Positions 21,620-38,650 of a DNA stretch of 64,000 nt are shown in pieces. The first letter of the stretch is position 1; each line of letters starts with the position of its first letter. Source of the stretch: an uncultured Actinomycetota bacterium (lineage in GTDB: Bacteria > Actinomycetota > Actinomycetes > Prado026); the NCBI GenBank assembly GCA_963849365.1, contig CAWKHA010000004.1:1430227-1494226 (forward strand). Direction: 5' to 3'. The translations under genes and the position numbers were made by a program. Below the pieces are notes generated by a model. It searched no databases. It saw only the letters and a list, made by a program, of their open reading frames with translations, and was not told where the DNA came from.

Positions 21620-22599
21620 GCGAGCGGGCCGGGCCGGCCGGGGCGGCACAAGCACCGCCCGCGTCCGTCGCCGACCTGGCCCGGGAGCGGGCGGCCGCAC
21701 GGGCCAGGCGGGACTTCGTTGCCGCAGACGCCCTGCGCACGCGGATCGAGGCCGCCGGCTGGCGGGTCGCCGACACCCCGGCGGGCACGGACGGGTTCGT
21801 GCTGACCCCGGCCCCGCCGTTCGAGGTGCTCGCCGGCCTGGACGACCTGCGGCCGACCGCTGCGCAGGGAGCCGGCGAGCGCCGCGCGACGGTCGGGCTG
21901 CTGGTCGAGGGCTGGCCCGACGACGTCCGCCGTTGCCTCGGCGCCCTGCTGCGGCACCTGCCGCCCGACGTGTCCGTGTCGGCCCTGGACCTCGGGGACG
22001 TGGACGGTGCCGGGCTGGTGCTGCACGAGCTGACGCTCGCCCACCCAGGCCGGGTCGCGGCGTGGCACGTGGCGACCGGCCCGCTGCAGACCGGCTGGGG
22101 GCCGGCGCGCACCGCCCTGCTGCGGCTCGACCCGGCCCCGGTGCACGTCGTGATGGACGTGTCCACCGTTCTCGACGGCGACGCGGTCACGCCGCTGCTG
22201 GCGGCGCTCCTCGGCGACCCCTCGGCGGTGGCGGCGGGGTGGCAGGGCGTGCTCGTGGACACCGACGACGCCTGGCGCTCGGTCCACCCGGCGGCGCCCG
22301 GCGAGGTCGACGCGCTGCTCGGCTACCTCTTCGCAGTCCGCACCGCCGTGGCCCTGGCCGCCCCGCCGCACCCGCGCGCGGCTTTCTACCGCAACGCCGA
22401 CCTGGAGTGGTCGCTGGCCCTGCGCGCCCACGGCGGGCGGCTCGTCGTGCCCGACGTCGTCCTGCCCTGCCACAGCGAGCGCCACCGTGGCTACCACGAC
22501 ACCGACCCGGCCGTGCGCGACCGCGAGTCCCGGCGGACGTACGAGCGGATGCTGCGTCGCTTCCGCGGCAGACCGGGACTGCTGGCACCTCGGCCCTAG
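21616..22599 (+). CDS. Hypothetical two-domain protein: CysRS-C-terminal-like N-domain fused to a GT-A (glycosyltransferase family 2)-like C-domain
   Basis: GTG 21616 overlaps the hadB-like stop (GTGA). N-terminus ERAAARARRDFVAADALRTRIEAAGWRVADTPAGTDGF resembles the conserved C-terminal tail of cysteinyl-tRNA synthetase/MshC. C-terminal part ...FYRNADLEWSLALRAHGGRLVVPD resembles the GT2 C-terminal region. Both from memory. Confidence 0.4.
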   Translation: MSERAGPAGAAQAPPASVADLARERAAARARRDFVAADALRTRIEAAGWRVADTPAGTDGFVLTPAPPFEVLAGLDDLRPTAAQGAGERRATVGLLVEGWPDDVRRCLGALLRHLPPDVSVSALDLGDVDGAGLVLHELTLAHPGRVAAWHVATGPLQTGWGPARTALLRLDPAPVHVVMDVSTVLDGDAVTPLLAALLGDPSAVAAGWQGVLVDTDDAWRSVHPAAPGEVDALLGYLFAVRTAVALAAPPHPRAAFYRNADLEWSLALRAHGGRLVVPDVVLPCHSERHRGYHDTDPAVRDRESRRTYERMLRRFRGRPGLLAPRP

Positions 22600-22608
22600 G
22601 CTCGGCGC

Positions 22609-23658
22609 GTGCGGGAGAACAGCGACGTGCGGCTCGCCGAGCTGACGACGCTGCGGCTGGGTGGCCCGGCGCGGACGGTGCTGTGGCCCGACACCGAGTC
22701 CGAGCTGGTCGAGGCCGTGGTCGCCCTCGACCGAGCCGGCACTGCCGTGCTCGTGATGGGCGGCGGCTCGAACCTCGTCGTCAACGACGAAGGCTTCGAC
22801 GGCACCGTCGTGGTCGTCGGGACCCGCGGCATCCGTAAGCGCTTCTCCGGCGACGGTGCGCTCGAGCTGACCGTCGCCGCGGGGGAGCCCTGGGACGAGC
22901 TGGTGGCGGGCACGGTCGAAGGCGGCTTCGGCGAGCTCGCCGCTCTGTCGGGCATCCCGGGCCTGACCGGGGCCACTCCGATCCAGAACGTCGGCGCCTA
23001 CGGACAGGAGGTGTCCGCCGTCATCCGTACCGTGCGCGCCCTCGACCGGCGCACCGGCGCGGTGACCGAGATCGCGGCGGCCGACTGCGGGTTCGGCTAC
23101 CGGGACAGCCGGTTCAAGCGGGATCCCCGGTTCGTCGTCCTGGCGGTCACGGTGCGCCTGACCCCCGGCGACCAGCCCGTCCGGTACGCAGAGCTCGCCC
23201 GCAGCCTCGGCGTCGACGTGGGGGCCGGCGCCCCGCCGGCCGACGTCCGGTCGGCGGTGCTCGCGCTGCGCCGCGCCAAGGGCATGGTCGTCGAGCCCGG
23301 TGGCACGGACCCGGACACCCGCAGCGCCGGCTCGTTCTTCACCAACCCCGTGCTTCCGGTCGACTCGCCGGCCCTGCGCGCGCTGCCGGCGGACGCGCCG
23401 CGCTACCCGGCGCCCGCGGGGCAGGTGAAGGTCTCGGCCGCCTGGCTCATCGAGCAGGCCGGCTTCACCAAGGGGTACGGGCACGGCGACGCGCGCATCT
23501 CGACAAAGCACACGCTCGCGCTCACGAACCGGGGGGCCGCGTCGGCGGCCGGGCTGCTCGCGCTGGCCGCCGAGATCGTCGCCGGGGTCCGGGACCGCTT
23601 CGGCATCACCCTGACCCCCGAGCCGGTCCTGGTCGGCTGCGCCCTCACGCCCGGCTGA
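22609..23658 (+). CDS. murB: UDP-N-acetylenolpyruvoylglucosamine reductase
   Basis: 349 aa, FAD-binding ...LVMGGGSNLVV... and C-terminal MurB domain ...SAGSFFTNPV...AAWLIEQAGF... Confidence 0.85.
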   Translation: MRENSDVRLAELTTLRLGGPARTVLWPDTESELVEAVVALDRAGTAVLVMGGGSNLVVNDEGFDGTVVVVGTRGIRKRFSGDGALELTVAAGEPWDELVAGTVEGGFGELAALSGIPGLTGATPIQNVGAYGQEVSAVIRTVRALDRRTGAVTEIAAADCGFGYRDSRFKRDPRFVVLAVTVRLTPGDQPVRYAELARSLGVDVGAGAPPADVRSAVLALRRAKGMVVEPGGTDPDTRSAGSFFTNPVLPVDSPALRALPADAPRYPAPAGQVKVSAAWLIEQAGFTKGYGHGDARISTKHTLALTNRGAASAAGLLALAAEIVAGVRDRFGITLTPEPVLVGCALTPG

Positions 23659-23686
23659 CCGGGCTCAGCCCGGCCGCGCGGGGGGC

Positions 23687-24718
23687 TCATCCTCGCTCCG
23701 CCGGGGCTGTCAGCCATGCCTCGATGCCCGCCAGCAGCGCCGCCCGGACGGGTCCTGGGGCGGAGCTGGCGCGTACGGCCATCGCGGCCAGCCCGGCCAG
23801 CGCGGTGTCGTCGAGGCCGAGCGCGTCCCGGGCGAGCACGTACTGGTCGGTGAGCCGGGAGCCGAACAGCAGCGGGTCGTCAGCGCCGAGCGCGACCGGG
23901 ACGCCGCCGTCCAGCAGCGCCCGCAGCGGAACCGCCCGCGCCTCTGCGTACAGCCCCAGCGCCAGGTTCGACGACGGGCACACTTCGCACGTCACCGAGC
24001 GGTCCGCCAGCAGGTCGACCACCCGCGGGTCCTCGGTGGCGCGGATCCCGTGCCCGACGCGACCGGCCCCCAGCACCTCGACGCACGCCCGGACGCTGTG
24101 CGGTCCCGACAGCTCGCCCCCGTGCGGCACGGCCGGCAGGTCCGCCCGGCGGGCGATCCGGAAGGCCGCCTCGAACTCCTCCGCCCGGCCCCGGCGCTCG
24201 TCGTTGGCCAGCCCGAACCCCACCACCCCGCGCCCGGCGTACTGCGCGGCCAGCCGGGCCAGCGTGCGCGCCTCCAACGGGTGCTTGGTCCGGTTGGCGC
24301 CGATCACGACCCCGATCCCCACCCCGCTGTGCGCCGCGGCGTCGGCGGCGGCGTCCAGCACGAGGTCGGTGAACGCCGTCACGCCGCCGAACAGCCCCGC
24401 GTAGCCGCTCGGGTCGACCTGGATCTCCAGCCAGCCGGACCCGTCCGCCCGCTCGTCCGCGGCGACCTCGTGCAGCAGGCGGCGCACGTCGTCCTCCCGA
24501 CGCAGCACCGACCGGGCCGCGTCGTAGAGCCGCTGGAAGCGGAACCAGCCGCGCTCGTCCGTCGCGCTCAGGTGCAGCGGATGGTCCGAGACGAGCGCGT
24601 CGGGCAGCCGTACGCCGTGCTCCGCGGCGAGCTCGAGCAGCGTCGCGCGCCGCATGGCCCCGGTGAAGTGCAGGTGCAGGTGGGTCTTGGGGAGCGCCCG
24701 CAGGTCGCGCCCGGTCAG
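23687..24718 (-). CDS. add: Adenosine deaminase; proposed CTG start overlapping the upstream stop (ORF track starts at ATG 24655)
   Basis: CPSSN, HGGE, DDPLLFG and SLTDQY motifs identify ADA. Homology clearly continues 5' of the first ATG (…[22 protein letters not shown]…), which includes the essential HxH metal ligands. No in-frame ATG/GTG/TTG exists between that point and the upstream in-frame stop; the only candidate is CTG (complement of 24716-24718). Confidence 0.6.
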   Translation of the reverse strand: MTGRDLRALPKTHLHLHFTGAMRRATLLELAAEHGVRLPDALVSDHPLHLSATDERGWFRFQRLYDAARSVLRREDDVRRLLHEVAADERADGSGWLEIQVDPSGYAGLFGGVTAFTDLVLDAAADAAAHSGVGIGVVIGANRTKHPLEARTLARLAAQYAGRGVVGFGLANDERRGRAEEFEAAFRIARRADLPAVPHGGELSGPHSVRACVEVLGAGRVGHGIRATEDPRVVDLLADRSVTCEVCPSSNLALGLYAEARAVPLRALLDGGVPVALGADDPLLFGSRLTDQYVLARDALGLDDTALAGLAAMAVRASSAPGPVRAALLAGIEAWLTAPAERG

Positions 24719-25938
24719 GCCCGCGCCTCGGCCAGCAGGCGCTGGATGCGGCCGACACCCTCGACGAGGTCCGCGTCACCCAGGGCGTACGACAGCCGGA
24801 AGTAGCCCGGCGCCCCGAACGCCTCGCCGGGAACGACGGCGACCTCGACCTCGTCCAGGATCAGCGCGGCCAGCTCGGCCGACGTCTGCGGGCGCTTCCC
24901 GCGCAGCTCGCGTCCGAGCGCCGCCTTCACCGAGGGGAAGCAGTAGAAGGCGCCGTCCGGCGTGGGGCAGGCGAAGCCTTCGACCTCGTTGAGCATCCGC
25001 ACCATGGTCTGCCGGCGCACGTCGAACGCGGCCCGCATCACGGCAACGGCGGACAGGTCGCCGGACACGGCGGCCAGCGCGGCGATCTGGGACACGTTCG
25101 CCACGTTCGAGGTGGAGTGCGACTGGAGGTTCGCGGCCGCGGCGACGACGTCTGGCGGGCCGATCATCCAGCCGACCCGCCAGCCCGTCATCGCGTAGGT
25201 CTTCGCCACCCCGTTCACGACGACGCAGCGGTCGGCCAGGTCGGGGACCAGGCTCGGCATCGACGCGAAGCGGGCCTGTCCGTAGACCAGGTGCTCGTAG
25301 ATCTCGTCGGTGATCACCCAGAGCCCGCGCGCCGCGGCCCATCGACCGATGGCCTCGACCGCCTCGGGCGGGTAGACCGCTCCCGTGGGGTTGGACGGGG
25401 AGACGAACACCAGCAGCTTGGTGGCCGGGGTGACGGCGCGCTCCAGCTGCTCGACCGACGTCAGGTAGCCCGTCGTCTCGTCGGTGGGCACCTCGACCGG
25501 GACGCCGCCGGCCAGCCGGATCGACTCGGGGTACGTGGTCCAGTACGGAGTGGGCAGGAGCACTTCGTCGCCCGGGTCGAGCAGGGCGGCGAAGGCGTTG
25601 TAGAGCGCCTGCTTGCCGCCGTTGGTGATCAGTACCTGCGCCGGGTCGACGGCGTACCCGCTGTCCCGGAGGGTCTTGGCGGCGACGGCGGCCTTGAGCT
25701 CGGGCAGGCCGCCGGCGGGGGTGTAGCGGTGCCAGCGCGGGTCGCGGCAAGCGGCCGCCGCAGCCTCGACGATCGGGTCCGGGGTCGGGAAGTCCGGCTC
25801 GCCGGCGCCGAAGACGACCACGGGGCGGCCGGCCGCCTTCAGCGCCTTGGCCCTGGCGTCGACGGCCAGCGTCGCGGACTCGGCGATGCCGCCGACCCGC
25901 GCCGAGACGCGCCGGCGCTGCCCCGCCGCGTCGCTCAC
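24715..25938 (-). CDS. Aspartate/aromatic aminotransferase (class I PLP)
   Basis: ...[45 protein letters not shown]... and ...[17 protein letters not shown]... The ORF-track version runs through tRNA-Trp and is too long. Start set to GTG (complement of 25936-25938, [14 protein letters not shown]...). An alternative GTG lies at 25983. Confidence 0.8.
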   Translation of the reverse strand: MSDAAGQRRRVSARVGGIAESATLAVDARAKALKAAGRPVVVFGAGEPDFPTPDPIVEAAAAACRDPRWHRYTPAGGLPELKAAVAAKTLRDSGYAVDPAQVLITNGGKQALYNAFAALLDPGDEVLLPTPYWTTYPESIRLAGGVPVEVPTDETTGYLTSVEQLERAVTPATKLLVFVSPSNPTGAVYPPEAVEAIGRWAAARGLWVITDEIYEHLVYGQARFASMPSLVPDLADRCVVVNGVAKTYAMTGWRVGWMIGPPDVVAAAANLQSHSTSNVANVSQIAALAAVSGDLSAVAVMRAAFDVRRQTMVRMLNEVEGFACPTPDGAFYCFPSVKAALGRELRGKRPQTSAELAALILDEVEVAVVPGEAFGAPGYFRLSYALGDADLVEGVGRIQRLLAEARA

Positions 25939-26150
25939 ACTGGGACCGGGTACGGCTGCGGTGGGCGCTGTCACGGGCCCATCCTCGCATCGCTCGCGCG
26001 GGACCGGCCACGGGTTCCGGGGCTGCGACGGCGGTTCGACCGGTGGTCGGGCAGGCCGTACACTCGACCCCCGGTGGCCTCGGCCCCCTTGCGTAAGCGT
26101 GCCCGGTGCCAGCACGGGTGGGCCCGGCTCGGGGTCGTCCGGCGCCGAGT

Positions 26151-26223
26151 AGGGCCGTAGCTCAATTGGTAGAGTCCCGGTCTCCAAAACCGGTGGTTGG
26201 GGGTTCGAGTCCCTCCGGCCCTG
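26151..26223 (+). tRNA. tRNA-Trp (anticodon CCA)
   Basis: Acceptor agggccg/cggccct, anticodon loop cuCCAaa. Canonical position immediately upstream of secE. Confidence 0.85.
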
Positions 26224-26317
26224 CGACGTGCTCGACGCTGCTGGACGCGCTGCGTGCGTCGTGCGGAAAGACCCCGACCCGGAGACGCCGGGCGGCCGAC
26301 CGGGACAGGTGAGGCGA

Positions 26318-26590
26318 GTGAGCGACACACGCGGCTCGACCGCGACGCCCGAGCGCGGCCGCTCAGGTCCCGACGGCCAGGGCGAGCGCCGGGGGCTGTT
26401 CGCCAGGCTGGGGCTCTTCTACCGCCAGGTGGTCGCCGAGCTCCGCAAGGTGATCTGGCCCACCCGGCGCGAGCTGACCACCTACACCATCGTGGTCCTG
26501 TTCTTCGTCGCCTTCCTCACCGCGTTCGTGGCCGTGCTCGACGCGGTCTTCGGCCGTGGCGTCCTGATCATCTTCGGGGGCTCCGGCTGA
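26318..26590 (+). CDS. secE: Preprotein translocase subunit SecE
   Basis: GTG 26318 preceded by AGGTGAGG. C-terminal TM helix ...[21 protein letters not shown]... Sits before nusG. Confidence 0.85.
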   Translation: MSDTRGSTATPERGRSGPDGQGERRGLFARLGLFYRQVVAELRKVIWPTRRELTTYTIVVLFFVAFLTAFVAVLDAVFGRGVLIIFGGSG

Positions 26591-26669
26591 CCCGCAGCGC
26601 CCCACCGACCCGTCCTGACCTCCCGACCCCCACCCGAGCCGCCCCGCAGACCCGAGGAAGTGCCCTCCC

Positions 26670-27485
26670 GTGACCGAGCCCACCCGCACCGACGACGTCG
26701 CGCTCTCCGCCGTGCCCGGCGACGAGCCCGCCGACGCTGCAGCGAGCGAGCCGGTCGAGGTCGCCGTCGAGGAGCCCACCGCCGTCGAGGAGCCCACCGC
26801 CGTCGAGGAGCCCACCGCCGTCGAGGAGCCGGCCGAGCCGGTGGCCGGGGAGTCGGCCGCCGAGGAGTCGGCCGCCGAGGAGCCGGCCGCCGAGGAGCCG
26901 GCCGAGGTCGACCCCGTCGAGGCGTTCAAGGACACTCTGCGCGCGGCCCCGGGGGAGTGGTACGTCGTGCACTCCTACGCCGGCTACGAGAACCGCGTGA
27001 AGGCCAACGTGGAGAGCCGGACGACCTCGCTCAACATGGAGGACTTCATCTACCAGGTCGAGGTCCCGCAGGAAGAAGTCGTCGAGATCAAGAACGGCCA
27101 GCGCAAGCTGGTCCGGCGCAACAAGTTCCCCGGCTACGTCCTGGTCCGCATGGACCTCACCGACGAGTCGTGGGGTGCGGTGCGCAACACCCCGGGCGTG
27201 ACGGGGTTCGTCGGGCACGCCCACCAGCCGACCCCCCTCACCGTCGACGAGGTCGTCAACATCCTCGGCCCGACGGTCGAGAAGAAGGCCCACGAGAAGG
27301 CCGAGATCAAGGTCCTGGACTTCCAGGTCGGCGACTCGGTCACGGTCATCGACGGGCCGTTCACCAGCCTCCAGGCGACGATCCACGAGATCAACGCCGA
27401 CACACAGCGGATCAAGGGACTGGTCGAGATCTTCGGCCGCGAGACCCCGGTCGAGCTGTCGTTCTCCCAGATCCAGAAGAACTAG
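26670..27485 (+). CDS. nusG: Transcription termination/antitermination factor NusG, with a repetitive acidic N-terminal extension
   Basis: NGN and KOW domains (..[14 protein letters not shown].., ..[12 protein letters not shown]..). Confidence 0.92.
   Translation: MTEPTRTDDVALSAVPGDEPADAAASEPVEVAVEEPTAVEEPTAVEEPTAVEEPAEPVAGESAAEESAAEEPAAEEPAEVDPVEAFKDTLRAAPGEWYVVHSYAGYENRVKANVESRTTSLNMEDFIYQVEVPQEEVVEIKNGQRKLVRRNKFPGYVLVRMDLTDESWGAVRNTPGVTGFVGHAHQPTPLTVDEVVNILGPTVEKKAHEKAEIKVLDFQVGDSVTVIDGPFTSLQATIHEINADTQRIKGLVEIFGRETPVELSFSQIQKN
26763..26834 (+). repeat. In-frame 18-nt tandem repeat (gccgtcgaggagcccacc) x3 plus a degenerate 4th copy inside the nusG 5' coding region (EEPTAV x3)
   Basis: Three identical consecutive 18-mers read directly from the sequence. 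Confidence 0.9.
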
Positions 27486-27527
27486 CGCCCGCTCTCCACC
27501 GATCACGAAGCAACCCGAGGAACGGTC

Positions 27528-27959
27528 ATGCCCCCCAAGAAGAAGCTCACGGCGATCATCAAGCTCCAGATCAACGCCGGTGCCGCCACGCCCGCGCCGC
27601 CCGTCGGCCCGGCCCTGGGCCAGCACGGCGTCAACATCATGGAGTTCTGCAAGGCCTACAACGCCGCGACCGAGAACCAGCGCGGGCAGGTGATCCCGGT
27701 CGAGATCTCGGTGTACGAGGACCGTTCGTTCACCTTCGTCACCAAGACCCCGCCCGCGGCCCGGATGATCCTCGCCGCCGCCGGGGTCGAGAAGGGCTCC
27801 CCGGAGCCGCACAAGCAGAAGGTCGCCAAGATCACCCGGGCGCAGGTGCGCGAGATTGCCCAGACCAAGATGCCCGACCTCAACGCCAACGACCTGGACG
27901 CCGCCGAGCTGATCATCGCCGGCACCGCCCGCTCGATGGGGATCACCGTCACGGACTGA
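27528..27959 (+). CDS. rplK: 50S ribosomal protein L11
   Basis: [15 protein letters not shown]...[17 protein letters not shown]... Confidence 0.95.
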   Translation: MPPKKKLTAIIKLQINAGAATPAPPVGPALGQHGVNIMEFCKAYNAATENQRGQVIPVEISVYEDRSFTFVTKTPPAARMILAAAGVEKGSPEPHKQKVAKITRAQVREIAQTKMPDLNANDLDAAELIIAGTARSMGITVTD

Positions 27960-28105
27960 CGTAACGTCGTCCCTGGACCAGTCCCGGGCACCGCCGTGTC
28001 AGGGTGGTGGCGTTCGACCGCTGTTGCAGGATCAGCACGCGTGGGAGGGCCAGCTTCGGCCCGCGGACCACGACTCCCGAGCACGACCGACACGAGGAGC
28101 AGAGC

Positions 28106-28825
28106 ATGAAGCGCAGCAAGGCCTACGCGGCCGCCGCCGAGAAGATCGACCAGGACAGCCTCTACACCCCGCTGGCGGCCGTCCGGCTCGCCAAGGACAC
28201 GAGCACGACCAAGTACGACGCGACCGTCGAGGTCGCCATGCGCCTTGGCGTCGACCCGCGCAAGGCCGACCAGATGGTGCGCGGCACGGTCAACCTGCCG
28301 CACGGCACCGGCAAGACCGCCCGGGTGCTGGTCTTCGCCACCGGGGAGCGCGCCGAGGAGGCCAAGGCAGCCGGTGCCGACATCGTCGGGTCGGACGAGC
28401 TCATCGCCGAGGTCGAGGGCGGCCGGCTGGACTTCGACGCGGTCGTCTCGACGCCGGACCTCATGGGCAAGGTCGGCCGGCTGGGCCGCGTGCTGGGCCC
28501 GCGCGGCCTGATGCCCAACCCGAAGACCGGGACCGTCACCGCGGACGTCGCCAAGGCCGTCTCGGACATCAAGGGTGGCAAGATCGAGTTCCGGGTGGAC
28601 CGGCACGCGAACCTGCACTTCGTGATCGGCAAGGCCTCGTTCGGCGAGGGTCAGCTCGTCGAGAACTACGCGGCCGCGCTCGACGAGGTCCTGCGGCTCA
28701 AGCCGTCCGCGTCGAAGGGCCGCTACGTCAAGAAGGTGGTCGTGAGCACCACCATGGGCCCTGGCGTCCCGGTCGACCCGAACCGCACCCGCAACCTGCT
28801 CACCGAGGACGCCGAGCAGGCCTGA
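28106..28825 (+). CDS. rplA: 50S ribosomal protein L1
   Basis: Internal ATG 28106 ([15 protein letters not shown]...). L1 family. Confidence 0.93.
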   Translation: MKRSKAYAAAAEKIDQDSLYTPLAAVRLAKDTSTTKYDATVEVAMRLGVDPRKADQMVRGTVNLPHGTGKTARVLVFATGERAEEAKAAGADIVGSDELIAEVEGGRLDFDAVVSTPDLMGKVGRLGRVLGPRGLMPNPKTGTVTADVAKAVSDIKGGKIEFRVDRHANLHFVIGKASFGEGQLVENYAAALDEVLRLKPSASKGRYVKKVVVSTTMGPGVPVDPNRTRNLLTEDAEQA

Positions 28826-29073
28826 CCGGACCGGCGGCGCCGGTGGATTTGGTGCGCGCCGCGCCGGACCCGTACGCTCACCCGAGCCACAGACCGTCGG
28901 TCGCCACCCTCCGGGGTGGTCGAAGGTCCCGCTGACGCGGGCGGCCCACGCAGGCGAGCGAGTCGCAGCACCCTCCGGGGTGCCACGCCCCGTGCGCCCT
29001 GCGCCGGGGCGTCTGTCGTTCCGGGGCCCCGACCCCCACTGGGGGGCCGCCGGCGCCGATCGGAAGGACACCC
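28826..29073 (+). promoter_or_regulatory. rplJ 5' leader, expected site of the L10(L12)4 autoregulatory leader structure
   Basis: 248-nt non-coding gap between rplA and rplJ. Established organisation of the rplJL operon in bacteria. The structure itself was not folded. Confidence 0.4.
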
Positions 29074-29838
29074 ATGGCGAGGCCGGACAAGACGGCTGCC
29101 GTCGCCGAGCTGACGGAGGGTTTCCGCAGCTCGTCCGCGGTCGTGCTGACCGAGTACCGCGGGCTCACCGTCGCCCAGCTCAAGGAGCTGCGGCGCACTC
29201 TCGGCGAGAACGTCACCTACGCCGTCGTGAAGAACACGCTGACCAAGATCGCCGCTCGCGAGGCTTCGGTCCCGGGCCTGGACGACCTGCTCGCCGGTCC
29301 CTCGGCGATCGCGTTCGTCAGCGGCGACCCGGTCGAGGCCGCCAAGGGTCTGCGTGACTTCGCCAGGGCGAACCCCATGCTCGTGATCAAGGGCGGGGTC
29401 ATGGACGGCAGGTCCCTGACCCCCGACGAGATCAGGAAGCTCGCCGACCTCGAGTCGCGCGAGGTCCTCCTCGCCAAGCTGGCCGGCGCGATGAAGGCGT
29501 CGTTGTCCGGCGCCGTGTCGCTGTTCGCCGCGCCGCTGGCCCAGACCGCCCGGCTGGTCGAGGCGCTGCGCCAGAAGGCCGAGCAGGACCCCTCGGTCCT
29601 GCGCGGGGGCGCGGGCACACCGGCGGCGACCGCCGCGGCGGAGACATCCGCGGTGCAGGTCGAGGCACCGCAGGAGCGGGGCGAAGCGGCCGCCGAGCAG
29701 ATCGAGGCTGCAGCAGAGCAGATCGAGGCTGCTGCCGAGCAGGAGGAGCCACCGTCCGCGGACGTCACGTCCGTGGAGAGCACGTCCGAGGAGAGCACGT
29801 CCGAGGAGAGCACGTCCGAGGAGAACACCGAGGGCTGA
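29074..29838 (+). CDS. rplJ: 50S ribosomal protein L10 with an extended repetitive acidic C-terminal tail
   Basis: L10 core plus an ~80-aa tail containing AAEQIEA x2 and STSEE x3. Confidence 0.92.
   Translation: MARPDKTAAVAELTEGFRSSSAVVLTEYRGLTVAQLKELRRTLGENVTYAVVKNTLTKIAAREASVPGLDDLLAGPSAIAFVSGDPVEAAKGLRDFARANPMLVIKGGVMDGRSLTPDEIRKLADLESREVLLAKLAGAMKASLSGAVSLFAAPLAQTARLVEALRQKAEQDPSVLRGGAGTPAATAAAETSAVQVEAPQERGEAAAEQIEAAAEQIEAAAEQEEPPSADVTSVESTSEESTSEESTSEENTEG
29776..29829 (+). repeat. In-frame 15-nt tandem repeat (gagagcacgtccgag) x3 plus a partial copy in the rplJ 3' end; an adjacent 24-nt repeat (gccgagcagatcgaggctgc..) x2 lies at ~29692-29739
   Basis: Read directly from the sequence. 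Confidence 0.85.
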
Positions 29839-29917
29839 GCGCCCACGGCTGACCGCAACCACCCAAGCCAGCCCCGGGTCACCTGCCCAGGGCTTTCCGT
29901 ACGGAAGGACCGCCGAC

Positions 29918-30310
29918 ATGGCGAAGCTCAGCACCGACGAACTCCTTGACGCGTTCAAGGAGATGACCCTGATCGAGCTCTCCGAGTTCGTGAAGCAGTT
30001 CGAGGACGTCTTCGGCGTCACCGCGGCCGCTCCGGTCGCCGTCGCCGCGGCCCCGGCCGCCGGTGGGGGCGCCGCCGCCACCGCCGAGGTCGAGGAGCAG
30101 GACGAGTTCGACGTCGTCCTCGAGGCGGCCGGCGACAAGAAGATCCAGGTCATCAAGGAGGTCCGGGCGCTCACCAGTCTCGGGCTGAAGGAGGCCAAGG
30201 ACCTCGTCGACGGCACCCCCGCGACTGTCCTGGAAAAGGCCAACAAGGAGACCGCGGACAAGGCCAAGGCCGCTCTCGAGGGCGCCGGCGCCAAGGTCAC
30301 CGTCAAGTAG
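29918..30310 (+). CDS. rplL: 50S ribosomal protein L7/L12
   Basis: 130 aa, Ala-rich hinge, C-terminal ...KEAKDLVDG... Confidence 0.95.
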   Translation: MAKLSTDELLDAFKEMTLIELSEFVKQFEDVFGVTAAAPVAVAAAPAAGGGAAATAEVEEQDEFDVVLEAAGDKKIQVIKEVRALTSLGLKEAKDLVDGTPATVLEKANKETADKAKAALEGAGAKVTVK

Positions 30311-30358
30311 CACCGCGGCCTGCGCGCCGGTCCGCTGGGCCGGTTCCGTACCGCCGTC

Positions 30359-30392
30359 CAGAGGCGGTCACCCCCGTCGGTGACCGCCTCTG
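30359..30392 (+). terminator. Perfect 14-bp stem-loop (cagaggcggtcacc-cccgtc-ggtgaccgcctctg) downstream of rplL; candidate rplL-rpoB attenuator/terminator
   Basis: Inverted repeat seen in the sequence. A partial terminator between rplL and rpoB is classical. No U-tract follows, as is common in high-GC actinobacteria. Confidence 0.5.
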
Positions 30393-30725
30393 GCACGTCC
30401 GGGCCGGGTCGCGGGCCCGTAACGGTTGTCCACAGGACGCGGCCGATCGGGTCGAGTTCCTTGACTGCGGCCCCCCTGAGCGGTCATCCTCACCGACAGC
30501 GCAGTGACCCGAGGGCTCCGAAGGCCCCGAGGGCGCGGCGCGGGCTCGAACGACAGACCGGGAGCGTGTCCGTGCGCGGGACCCGCCACTCGACAGCGGC
30601 GTGCCGAGTAGGTATGCTGCCCCTTTGCGCTGCCTATTGACGACCCGTGGCTTCCGTTCAGGTTGCTCCGGGGCGTCTCGCATGCGCGCACCGTGCCCGC
30701 GAGCCTTCGGAAGGAAGCCGCTAAC

Positions 30726-34202
<3,477 letters not shown>

Positions 34203-34280
34203 GGGCGCCGGCCGGTCCGGAACAGGCCTGGCGCACCCCACGTCCAGCGATGACGACACGACCGAAAGACAGGTAACCAA

Positions 34281-38153
<3,873 letters not shown>

Positions 38154-38650
38154 CCGGTCTGGCGGGTCGTTCCGGGCGCGAAGTCCGGCGCCCCGCCACC
38201 CGGCGGCTGGCTGGCCCTGAGCGAGCGGAGCGCTCTGGCATCGAATCGCGGCCTGTGGCTGGTGACAGGGGGACCACTTGGGCACCACTAGCGGTGCGAG
38301 CCACGATCGTCCTGTCCTTCCTGCTCGTGACCTGGTACGACCGGCCGAGACAGCCCTCCTCAGGGTGGCCGTTGCCTGCTGCATGACCGACAGGCTCCGG
38401 GGGCGACCCGGCGACCGAGCCGCTGCCGGAGCCGGGGGGTGGTGCTCAGTCGGCCTGCGACTCGAGGGTCCGCTTTGACCCACGCGAAGGCCCTGGGTAC
38501 TCTCTCCCCTTGTGCCCGGGTCCTGCCCGGGTGCTCGTGCACGCGCCGAGCGCGTCGCTCGACTGCTCCGCTCCCTACCTGCCCGTCCGAAGCGGTCAGG
38601 GGTGGTTGAGGGGCCGACACGCCCGACCCCGTGGGGCGGGGCGCCACCAA

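Noticed and set aside
21133-22599. 488-aa ORF-track version of the hadB-downstream gene starting at 21133
   Set aside because: The first ~160 codons overlap the hadB-like gene in another frame. The GTG at 21616 overlapping the hadB stop (GTGA) fits the coupling pattern used throughout this window.
30380-30640. 86-aa ORF in the rplL-rpoB intergenic region
   Set aside because: Third-codon positions are not G/C-biased (many T/A), unlike every confirmed gene here. The region is the expected long rpoB leader/attenuator.
38278-38478. 66-aa ATG ORF in the rpoC-rpsL spacer
   Set aside because: A/T-rich third positions and no recognisable features. An alternative small GC3-biased frame is reported as a low-interest finding instead.
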